Assembly: GCA_020891255.1 (NCBI GenBank)
Contig: BQFW01000013.1
Location: forward strand, 1,736,001 to 1,800,000
Source: Entomortierella parvispora E1425
Taxonomy: Eukaryota > Fungi > Mortierellomycota
Length of the DNA stretch: 64,000 bases
Reading direction: 5' to 3'
The notes under the pieces are model-generated. The model did not search any database. It had not been told where the DNA came from and saw only the letters and a list, made by a program, of their open reading frames with translations. Made by a program: the position numbers and the translations under genes. This document shows, in pieces, positions 1 through 10,609 of the stretch (positions are counted from its first letter, which is position 1; every line of letters begins with the position of its first letter).

Positions 1-2814
1 CAGGAAACGCATGATATAGTATTCACTTACCGTAGTCTTGATGAGGTTAGAGTGAAGAGCAGCGACTCCATTGACCTTGTGCGAACCAACGACGGCCAAG
101 TGGGCCATGCGGATCTGCTGAGGCTGAGCCTCCTCTATGATGGACATGCGGTTCAACAATCCACGGTCGTTGGGGAACTTCTTCTCAACCTTCTGCAAGA
201 AGAACTGTTGATGTGATTACGGTGAGAACAGAAAAAATAGTTAGATTGGCCGTTAAATAAGCGTCCCATTTGAGAGAAGAAAAACAGTAAAAGGATGTAT
301 GTCACCTACCAAGTTGATATCAAAGATGATTTGCAAGTGTCTGGGCAACAGGTACTCAAACATGGGAACGGACCACTTCTCCATGGCCTCAGGAAGGACA
401 GTGTGGTTGGTAAAGGCAAAAGTCTTTGTCACAATCTCCCAAGCATCGTCCCAGCTGAGCATCTCCTCGTCCACAAGGAGACGCTGGAGTTCAACGATAG
501 CAAGCGTAGGGTGGGTGTCTAAACATGCATATTGATAGAGTTAGGAGGCCGCTTACAAAAGATCCTGATGAGCAGATCAGAAGGACTCACCATTGAGCTG
601 AATGGCAACCTGATCGGGGAAGTCGGACCATTCGCGCCTCGACTTCTTGAAGCGACGAACTCTATGAGTTTTTTAGAGGGTCAAAGCGGATCGTGTTAGA
701 GTTAAGGCAAACGTACTGGTCTTTTCCCGGTCTTCAAACTCAAACTTACATATCGTGGAGAGAGGCGGCAGTCCAGAAGTATTGCTGCTTCAAGCGAAGT
801 TCCTTTCCAGCCATAGTGTTGTCGTTGGGGTACAGGACACTGGTGATCTTCTCGGCATTCGTGGCGTCCTCAACCGACTTTTCGTAGTTGCCCTCGTTGA
901 AGCTGGTCAAATCAAAAGTCTTGGTGGGCTTACTGCGCCAGAGACGAATGTTGTTGCAGTTCTCAGTGTCATATCCGGGGATAGGCACGTCGTACGCAAT
1001 GGCCTGGACACTCTGTGCGGGGATCCAGTTATGGCGGGTCACACCGTATTCGTCTTGAATGCTCTGGACATGACCACCGAAAGAGATCTGGATCGAGATA
1101 TCCAAACGAGGTAATTCCCAAGGGTTGTCAAAGTTCAGCCAGTAATCAGGGTACTCTGTCTGGTAGCCATCAACGATTCTGAAGCAGGCAAATGAAATAA
1201 CGAGATGAGTAATAGTAGCCTAAATTAAATTGAACCATCGAGTAAAAACATAGTACACGTAGGACCAGAGGAGGGAGAGTAATTGTGATATGAACTTGCC
1301 TCTGCTGGAAGATACCATAGTTGTATCGGAGACCATAGCCCCAAGCGGGATAGTCAAGCGTGGCCAAAGAGTCCATGTAACAGGCGGCCAAACGTCCGAG
1401 ACCTCCGTTACCAAGGGCTGCATCGACCTCAGACTCAATCACGTCTTCCATGTTGAAGCCAAGTTGCTCAACACCCTCTATTAGGATTTGGCTCCATGTT
1501 AGTTCACCACAATTCCGTGTTTTTTCAATCGACTGAACTCGTTATTCGGGTGAAGAGTTTTGGGTTCTTACTGCCATAAGTGCCCTTGAGGCCCATATTG
1601 AGCAAAGCATTGTCCATGGATCGACCAAGCAAGAACTCGAGCGACAAGTAGTAGACACGCTTAGGATCGGCCTTGGAGAGTTGCTATGGACAGCCAATCA
1701 TTCATGAAGTGCGATGAAGAAGAAGAAAAAAAATAAGGGATGGAGGGTGAGCCCTGACTGTTCCTTTGATCGAAAGAAAAAGAACCAGGTGGCCGCATGG
1801 GCCTATCCTCAGTTGAGCATTGGTCGCGATATTTTTTCCAAAGCGAGGCGCCATTGTTTCCTTGTGGTTCTCTTCTCCCATCCCCCCACATAACCTTCAA
1901 TTCTGATGTTGGGGTGGAACAGTGACGAGGTCCATTGGTGCACCCAAAGTGTGCGCCCTTTTTTTTCTTTTCTCTCCCTTTTCCCACAAAACAAGAAGTA
2001 GCTGCGCGTGACTTACTCCTTGGGTCTCGTTCCATCGGCTGATAAGACGGTCGCGGGTGCTGTGTGTGAGGAGAGGAAGAAAGGTTTCGTGGGTTTGACG
2101 AATAGATTAGCTCTGAGTTCAAAATGGTCTCGATAGCAAAAAGGCACTGGAGAGAAAGGGCTCAGGCGTCAAACCCAGATAAACAGGCGGACGGAGGGAA
2201 ATCTTTACCTGAGAGCCACAGCCTGGTAGGCCGAAAAGTTGTCCATGTTGTACGCAGCACGGGCCAGGGTAGTGGTGACATGATGGACGATGCTCTTTTG
2301 CACAGTTTCGACGTCTGGTTGCGGATATGTGTATTCGTGCGGGATGATGAACAAGTGTCATTGTTGTTGTTGTTATTGTTGTCGTTGACAAAGAATCGGA
2401 AAAAAAAGAGCGGGCAAAAAGAAAATAACAAGAATGAGGTTGGGTTAGGATACACATCGTTTGGTTATCCAGTCATGATAAGTAGCTACATACCGTTGGC
2501 CTCCTTCTTGCTGAGACGTTCCCAGAGCTCGACGGTCTCCTTGGGCCATTTAGCCTTTTCGGCATCGAGTTCCTTGGAGGTCAAGCCTAGATCAGACAGG
2601 GAGGAATGAAGTGAAAGAGTGTGAGAAAAAAAAAAGTATTAGTGACGCGTACATCGATCATTCCTTTTGACGCGTCGTGCATCCAGGAGGCAGAGAGGTG
2701 TTTGTATACGAAAGAGAGAGTGGTTGAAGCAAGGTTACCAGTGAAGTTGCGTCGGTGATGCATGGGTCGCTTGGGAACCATGCTGTTCTCTGGCGCTTTT
2801 CCGTCAGCCATCAT
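1..2814 (-). CDS. GPH1: Glycogen phosphorylase (5' part; multi-exon, continues beyond window start)
   Basis: Hand-spliced exons give MMADGK..HRRNFTG / [11 protein letters not shown].. / [19 protein letters not shown] / [12 protein letters not shown] / [22 protein letters not shown] / [42 protein letters not shown] / [14 protein letters not shown] / [12 protein letters not shown] / [16 protein letters not shown]. These are diagnostic phosphorylase motifs. Confidence 0.96.
1179..1299 (-). other. GC-AG intron in glycogen phosphorylase gene
   Basis: Minus strand reads CAG CAG AG|GCAAGT ... TTCAG|A ATC GTT GAT GGC TAC. Only the GC donor restores the conserved QRIVDGYQ frame. Confidence 0.85.
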
Positions 2815-3050
2815 GTGGGGATACGAGGAAGAGGGGGGTGGGAGGGGAAAAGAGAGGGAGGGTGTCAAAAAGAGAAAAAAAAAGAGCTTGGGTTGGTGAG
2901 CGAGTCAGGAGAGGAACGAGAGAATGAAGATAAAGAGTAAAGAAGGAAGAAAGGGGAGAGAAAGAGGGTGAAGTGGTGAAATAAAGTGGCGTTGGTGTCA
3001 CTCTTGCGAAGGATGGACGAATGGGTGTGGGAACGGATTGACGAAATGGG

Positions 3051-3096
3051 ACCGACTGACAGACCGACTGGCTGACTGACTGACTGAGAGAGAGAG
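3051..3096. repeat. (GACT)n/(GA)n microsatellite in GPH1-NDUFAF6 divergent intergenic region
   Basis: accgactgac agaccgactg gctgactgac tgactgagag agagag read directly. Confidence 0.75.
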
Positions 3097-3140
3097 ACAC
3101 CAGACAGGAGGGAGGACGTCCAGGGAGAGCCACTTTGCAA

Positions 3141-3149
3141 CACGTGACC
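3141..3149. promoter_or_regulatory. E-box CACGTGACC (bHLH-type site)
   Basis: Exact motif ~110 bp upstream of NDUFAF6 ATG; the same 9-mer recurs in other promoters in this window. Confidence 0.5.
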
Positions 3150-3257
3150 ATTTTCTTTTCTCCTCTCGGATCAGCCCTTCCCTGAAGATGCTGATCTCGG
3201 AGGAATCGATTCGCTCATTCGTTCGTCCGAACTTCCCCCATCCTCTCCTCTTCCCCC

Positions 3258-4646
3258 ATGCGTTCATTCCTTGGTCGTTCGGCAAGAGCCTCCCTGGCCT
3301 CAGTCCAGACTACCCGACCTCTCGCGCTTCCGCTTGTCCGCGCATTGGCTACAAAGGCACACGTTCATGACCACAACTGCGGCCACGATCACGCCCACGA
3401 CCATGACCACAGCCACGACCATGCTCCCAAGCAGTCGCCATTCACCCTCGGAGCCAACAGCATTCCTGGCCGCCCTACTAGGACCAAGAAGGCTAGAGAG
3501 CTGATTCCCCGGCCGACAGGAGCGATCGAATACTGTGAAAACTTGGTTCGGTAAGGGACAAGTTGTTTCTTTCTGCCATGGTTTCACCCCGTTGATAAAA
3601 AGAACGGTAGGTACTCATGCAATACGCACTATCTCTTCCGCATACTATAGGAAAGCTGATTACGAAGGGTTCTTGTGCACCCAGTTTTTCCCAAAACACC
3701 AACAGCAAACACAGATGGCGCTGCGAGCTTTCAACATCGAGCTGGCTTCTATCAGAGAATCCGTCAGCAACACAGATATTGGACGCATGCGCATGCAGTT
3801 CTGGAGAGACTCCATTGTCAAGATTTTCGACGGAATCCCTCCTCAGCAACCCGTAGCTCTCGCTCTCGCCTATGCAATCCAGGAACAGGAATTATACCAC
3901 CAAAAGAAGCTTGAGCATCAAGGAGAGCAGGGTCTGAGAAAGCCTTCGGCATCATTATCGGACCCAGAAATGTCACAGATCTGGTTCAAGCGAATGATCA
4001 CAGAAAGAGAACTCAACCTCTCTGACCCCCAGTTTGTTACCCTGGCGCAGATGGAGTCGTACTGTGAAAACACATTTGGATCCTTGCTGTATCTTCAACT
4101 GGAGTCTGTCGGTGTCAAGTCTCTGGAGGCTGATCACGCTGCTAGTCATTTGGCAAAGGCCATGGGCATTGCCACCATGCTCAGAGCCTTCCCTTTCCAT
4201 ATGCACCAAAACCGCATGGTGCTACCAGCAGAGATTACCGCTAAGGTATGGTGGTCCCGGGTGAATACGGTTGATGAGTTCACCTCCAAAACCTGAACTA
4301 ACGCTATCCCATTTTTTTTTTTTTTTTTTTTGCCAATTCCTAGTTTAACCTGTCGCAGGAAGCTCTTTTCAGGAACCCAACCATCACAGCAGCACTTCAA
4401 GATGCCACTCACGAGGTGGCTACCGCTGCCCATGTTCACCTTGCCACCGCCCAATCTTATATGGACAATTTGCCTCGTGAGGCTCTGCCTGTGCTTATGC
4501 CGAGTATCCCCACTGAAGCCTACCTCACGAGGCTAGAGAAGGCCGACTTCAACCCTCTGGCACCAGAGATTCAGCAGCGTGAATGGTTTTTGCCCGCCAA
4601 GATGTGGTATCGGTATAGACAGGGCAAGCTCCTCAACATTGAGTAA
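3258..4646 (+). CDS. NDUFAF6: NADH dehydrogenase complex I assembly factor 6-like (squalene/phytoene synthase fold), 3 exons
   Basis: Arg/Ser-rich mitochondrial presequence; IEYCENLVRKADYEGFLC, ALRAFNIELASIRESVS, GRMRMQFWRD, MESYCENTFGSLLYLQLE, LRAFPFH, LEKADFNP motifs; GT-AG introns near 3551-3650 and 4246-4343. Confidence 0.9.
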
Positions 4647-4685
4647 AAGTAGAAGCAATGCCAGTAGTGTATTTTTATGAAGCCA

Positions 4686-5852
4686 TTAATATAGACGAGG
4701 GCAAAGTAACCTTGCCCTCCTAGCCGCCGCAATTGCCAATGCCTGTGTGGGAGCAATGAATTCTACTTGCAGTGATCTCGATTCTTTTTTGTCTTCATCT
4801 TCTGTACGGGCGACAATGGTCACCAAGAGCTCATCTTGTATAGACCCAAAGCCATCCGTAACCTTGTCATGAGAAAGCAAAAATTCGTCCCGCAAGACTC
4901 TCTCCAGAGTTCCTCGTTTGAGACCATCCATTTGGCACCTGTACCGGGCTGGAAGCGTAATATTTACTACAGCAAATTTTAAATCGTTAGGATGACCTTT
5001 TTCTCAACAAGGGCTGTAGCAGAATGAACAGGCATTGTTCCTACCAAGGTCGTGCACCCATCGATTGGGAACTTCATTCTCTATAGATATGTCCAACATT
5101 GATATTGGTACCAACACGGGACTCACTTGATCCTCAACGCCTCCAGTCGTTTCCCCGATCTGATGCGATGTATAATGGACTTGCACAGAGTTTGACAATA
5201 TTCGACGAGTTGCCTGGTCCCGATTGGTATATTCCACGTCTGACAATGACATCAAATCAACTTGAAAAAAGCTCGTCAGCTCGCACCGTGCTTGAGGAGC
5301 TAGACTCGAAATAACAATACCACTGGTCTCCTGAAGTGCAACGGAAAGAGAGATGTTGCGCAAAGTAACCTTCGACTTGTTCCTACACTTTGTTCCCATC
5401 CAGAGGATGGTCCTTGATTTGGACGTGACCCATCCTGCTGTGCAATCCCATATATCCAGCTGGCCAGAGTCATTGTCCGCATCTGTTGGTGTGTTGATTC
5501 CATTCTGAAATGTCTGGGCGACAGTATCTCCAACAATTGGTACCAAACGATCCATGATTTTTCTGCGACGTTTGTCACGAACACGTTTGTAGAGTTCTAA
5601 CTCGTTTTCCGAATGCAAAGAGGTTGACGAGACTCCAGTTGTAGGGCCTCCTCCAGTGACAAAGACTGAGCGGAGCGGTCCTGAAAAAAGACTCTGACAG
5701 TCGTCAATAATGTCCTTCTTGGTCACGAGAGCATCCTGCAGGCGCCTGATTTTTTCCTGTTGCTGGAGGACCTGCTTCTTGATCGCGTCCTGTGCAAGGT
5801 TGAGATGCGCCCTGGCTCGGTCCGGATCGCGAGCAGAGGAGAAGCTTTCCAT
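4686..5852 (-). CDS. Hypothetical spliced protein (coiled coil plus beta-rich domain); true 5' end uncertain, possibly near 6050
   Basis: 282-aa ORF joined in frame to a terminal exon through a G|GTAGGA ... CTAAC ... TAG intron; heptad-like segment QDAIKKQVLQQQEKIRRLQDAL; no family recognised. Confidence 0.55.
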
Positions 5853-6210
5853 TGACTGGAGGCTGTGGATCGATCACCTTTCTGAACCCTGTGAGCAGTG
5901 AATGTAGTTGGCCAGTGGAGAGTCGACGATGTGGATGGTTTCCGCGCCTCCTTGCAGTCAAAGTCGACTTTTTTTTTTGTGGATGCAGACTGTTCCTGGC
6001 AGTCACGCTTTTCAGCGGGGGAAGTGCCAAGAGAACAAAACGGCATGCATGGTGGCATGTTCTTTTTCTTTCTTTACCGCACTCCACCAGAACTCTCCCT
6101 GATTGCTCTTTCTTCTCTTGATTTCTGTTTTCTGCTCCATTCACTTGTAACTTCACGACATTAAAAAAAAAACCTCTTCAAAAAAAGCAACCTTTTTATA
6201 CCCCTCCACA

Positions 6211-7969
6211 ATGCAGGCACCATCGTACGGCGCAGGCAACAGCCAACCTCCCAACTACGCCCAACGGGAAGAGAATGCTCCCCTGATCCCAAAAGACAAC
6301 AGCGACAAGTTTACTCCCTCTGTTCGCTATAACGATGTCTGGGCCACCATCCTCTTCGTGGTCAACGCCGCCGCGTTCACTGGTCTGAACGTGTACTCGT
6401 TCAAGTCCTACAATCAAAATCTGGCCCACCCCTTCCGCGTTCTCGAAGACGGAACCGAGGTTGCCATGAATGCCTTTGTTGTTGACCACGGTTTGACTGT
6501 TCTGGCCCTGTCCTCTATTGCGGTCACCTTTGGACTCTCCTTTGGATACTTTGTGTTGATGCAGCGTCAGGCTGCCTTCCTCGTCAAGTTCTCCTTTTTC
6601 TTCAGTGTGGCCATGACGTTCCTCCTGGGTTTCTTCCAGATTATGTCAGGTCACTGGTTCTGGGGTGGAGTGTTCCTTCTCAGCTCCGTTGTCGTGTTGC
6701 TGTGCTACAAGTTCTGGGTTGCACGTATGCCCTTCTCGGTCCTTATCCTCGAAACCGTCACTTCAGTCACGCGCAAGTACCCTGGAACTCTCGCAGTAAG
6801 TCGATGAAGTCAACCTCAATGCTGTTGCTTCGCCCTTGTGCACGAGTCTGGGCTGTTGCGGTCTACTGGTCTCATTTGTTGGTGTCTTTTCTCCTTTCTC
6901 ACAACCCATGCATCTCTTTTTCTCGCGTTGTAGGTTGCCTTTTCGGGATTGTTTACTCAGATTGTGTGGTCATTCCTCTGGATCTTCTCTCTGGCTGTGA
7001 ACTACTCCGTTTTCCAGAGGATTTCCAACTGCAGAATCGAGGAGAGCGATGAGGGCAAGTCAAAGATGGTTTGCGACAACAACTCGCTCTACATGGTCAT
7101 GATCTACCTTAACTTTGTCATGTTCTGGAACTCTGAAGTGATCAAGGTACCCGCCGTTTACCAGCTGCACTTGAATTCAAATAATACGACATTTTCGAAA
7201 CAATGTTCTCACATTCTTCTCGACCTCTCTGTTTTAGAATGTGGTTCATGTTACCATCTCGGGAGTGTTTGGTGTCTACTACTTCTTTGAGGGATCAGCT
7301 GCCGGTGCACCTTCCTCGCCCACCCTTTCCTCTGCCAAGCGTGCCCTTACTACCTCCTTTGGAAGTATTTGCTTCGGTTCTCTCTTGATTGCCCTTTTGC
7401 AGACTCTTCGTTATATCCTCAACTCTCTTCGATCGGATCAGGATGACGGGTTGATGGCGTTTATTGCCATGTGCGCCAGCTGTATCCTTTCTTGCCTCGA
7501 GGGTCTCTTTGAGATCTTTAACAAGTTTGCCTTTACGCAGGTGGCCATCTACGGCAAGCCATTTGTTCAGGCTGCGAGCGACACCTGGGCTCTTATCAAG
7601 GATCGTGGCGTGGATGCCATTGTGAACGACAGCTTGGTGGGCAATGTTCTTGGCATGGGTTCGTTCGCCATTGCTATCATGAGCGGTTTGTATGGCTACC
7701 TGTTCATTAAGGTGGTTCAGCCCTCATTCTACGATCCCCAGGATGAGGCTCTAGTTGTCGGTGCCGTCGTCGTTGTGGAGATGATCTTGGGCGCTGTGAT
7801 GATGTCTGTCCCCAACAACGTGATCGACTCGGGAGTGACTACGACGTTTGTTGCTTTGGCTGAGGACCCCCAGGCTCTTTTGGACACCAAGCCCGATCTG
7901 TTCAACGCGATTATGGAGCGCTACCCCGACGTTGCAGTCAATGTCCGAGGTTTGGCTGTGCATCACTAG
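6211..7969 (+). CDS. PNS1: Pns1 / choline transporter-like (CTL) plasma membrane protein, 3 exons
   Basis: YNDVWATILF, multiple TM helices, VHVTISGVFGVYYF, RALTTSFGSICFGSLLIAL, FNKFAFTQVAIYGKPF, IDSGVTTTFVALAEDP. Confidence 0.92.
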
Positions 7970-8096
7970 CAAGGCCGTAGGTTTACCTTGTCTTAGCACA
8001 CGAGAGCAGCAATAAAAAAAAAAAAAGAAAAAGAAAATGGTGGATACCCCGGGTTTGGGGGTTTAAATTTATTCGAAGTTTCCAGCACATAAATAC

Positions 8097-8106
8097 ATCA
8101 CGTGAT
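8097..8106. promoter_or_regulatory. Palindromic E-box ATCACGTGAT
   Basis: ~90 bp upstream of MAP1 ATG. Confidence 0.45.
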
Positions 8107-8191
8107 TATGTCAACAAGTTTTTTTTTTTGTTGAGTGCTCGGTGCATGCGATGCATTGTCCATTCCCCTCTCTTTTTCACTCTCCTCCATA

Positions 8192-9756
8192 ATGTCGACC
8201 TCATCGGAACAGCTCTGCCAGGGCTTGAACTGCTCAAAACCAGCTGCGCTTCAGTGCCCCAGCTGTCTTAAGCTCAACATTCCCAACTCGTTCTTCTGCA
8301 CCCAGACATGCTTCAAGGACAACTGGGTAACTGACCTAAAAAAAATAGTCGACTGGAAGCTTTTGGCCAGCGTTTGCACCACTGAGGGGCTCACATAACT
8401 CATCCTTCTATGTTTACCTCACTTTCTAGGCTACCCACAAGACTATCCATAAGATCGCCGCTATGGCTAATGGACCCGTTGGAGGTGCGATGCTCTCTCA
8501 TAGTTCCGTGTTTTGTTGCAACCACACCTACGGGATATGGGACTGGATTGGACGAAGCATAGCAGTGATGGAAACATGCCCGGCCTAACTCTTTTTGCTG
8601 GAATTCTGACTTTATAGAGAAAGGCGGATCAGACCCATGGCCCGGTTTCAAGTACACAGGAACCCTTCGTCCTGTCTACCCTCTTTCGCCCCGTCGTGCT
8701 GTTCCTGACAACATTGTGAAGCCCGACTATGCCGAGACTGGAATCCCTTTGTCGGAGCAAAACATCCGCAGCTCCTCTACCATCGAGTCTCTCCCCGAGA
8801 AGGATATTGATGTCTTGCGCAAGGTCTGCCAGGTAAAGGACGAATGTTTATTTTATAATTGTTTTCAGGTTCGGATGTCTATTTTTTTTTGACGACGACG
8901 ACTCTAATTTGGCGAAAACATGACTTATAGATTGCCCGTGAGGTTATCGATATCGGAATCGCTGCTGTCAAGCCCGGTGTGACGACGGACGAGATTGATC
9001 GGATTATTCACGAGGCCACGATCGAGCGTGGCGGATACCCATCGCCCCTGAACTACAACGGCTTCAAGAAGTCGGTCTGTACCTCTGTGAACGAGGTCAT
9101 CTGCCACGGTGTGCCCGATATGCGTCCCCTGCGCGATGGCGATATCTTGAACCTGGATGTGACTGTCTACAAGGATGGATTCCACGCCGACTTGAACGAG
9201 ACCGTTGCCGTCGGCAATGTCGATGCCCCTGGACTGAAGTTGATCAAGAACGCCCGCGAGTGTCTTGATAAGGCCATTGCCACCGGTATGTTTTTATCTT
9301 TTTTTCATTTCTTTCCATCCGAGATGTAGTGCAGAGGATGACCTTACTTGTTTATTATTGATTCTAATACGTCTCTCTCCTTTTCTTTTGTTGCGGACCT
9401 AAATAGTTAAGCCCGGTGCTTTGTACAGAGATCTCGGAAACGTTATCGAAAAGCATGCCAAGAGCGATGGATTCTCTGTGGTCAAGACATACTGCGGTCA
9501 CGGAATTCACCGTCTTTTCCATTGCGCCCCCAACATTCCTCACTATGCCCGTAACAAGGCTATTGGTGTGATGAAGGTCGGACATGTGTTCACGATCGAG
9601 CCCATGATCAACGAGGGAACCTGGAAGGATGAGATGTGGCCCGATAACTGGACTGCTGTGACCCAGGATGGAAAGCGTTCCGCTCAGTTTGAGGAGACCA
9701 TGGTGGTGACCAAGACCGGTGTCGAGGTCTTGACTGCCCGCCCATCCAGGAAGTAG
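8192..9756 (+). CDS. MAP1: Methionine aminopeptidase 1 with N-terminal zinc finger, multi-exon
   Basis: [29 protein letters not shown] zinc finger; [79 protein letters not shown]. Confidence 0.97.
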
Positions 9757-10123
9757 AACGGTCAAAAAGATGACACTGGGCGATAGTGCCATTTCTTCCC
9801 CGAGTCTGATAGCGCATTTCACAAGACGACTTTTCCTCTACATACACGACTAAAAAAGAGAAATAAAAAGCAATAGAATGGAGCACAGTTAATTTTTACT
9901 CGTGCGTTGAAAAAGGATCAGGCTGTGCCAAGGCAGGATATAATGACAAGAAAGGAACCTTTGATTCTAGGGAAGGTCGGTCCAAAGTGCACTGCGCAAA
10001 CACAAACAAAACGCGGTCGTAGTTTGGCCGATCGCCGGTGTGAGCCAAGCCCTACCCGACTGCTTAGTTGGTCAGGTCCGATCCATCAATTGACGGCCGC
10101 ACCGGGAGTGCACCAGCTTTGCC

Positions 10124-10132
10124 CACGTGACC
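10124..10132. promoter_or_regulatory. E-box CACGTGACC
   Basis: Exact motif in the MAP1-VWA8 intergenic region, upstream of VWA8. Confidence 0.45.
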
Positions 10133-10609
10133 CGATCGCTTTTCCTCCCTGCAAAGCGAACAAACCTTAGCCAAAGAAAAAGAAAGAGATGGAGCGGATG
10201 TTCACCAGCCAGTCCTGTCGACTCCATCTCTCCACACTCGCGGGCACGAGAGGGAGAGGGAGTGAGTGACGGGGGAGGGAGCCGGAGGAGCCGGGCGGCT
10301 CATGGCGACATGTTTCTTGGGGGAGAACAGTTGCATGCTCTTGTTCTCTTCTTCTCTCTCGTTCACTCAATTCATCTTTTTCTCGTTTCTTCATTTCCTC
10401 CCCATTTCCTTCTCTTTCCTCTTTCCTGTCCTTCCTCCTCGTCAATACCTCCTTCGTGTGTCGGCGATAAATTCTCCGCTCACTTCGACCCTTTTATCCC
10501 CTTCCCTTTCTCTGTTTTACCCTTTCGCGTTCTGTACATTAATAACACCTATACCTCACCCTCGTCCATACCCTTTGTCACTGCCCCGCTTCCTTCATTC
10601 TCCTAAAAT

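Noticed and set aside
4314-4331. Long poly-T/poly-A runs (also ~29838, 45373, 55517, 62458) as retroposition tails
   Set aside because: They lie in introns or ordinary intergenic DNA with no target-site duplication or adjacent processed copy; typical of this genome
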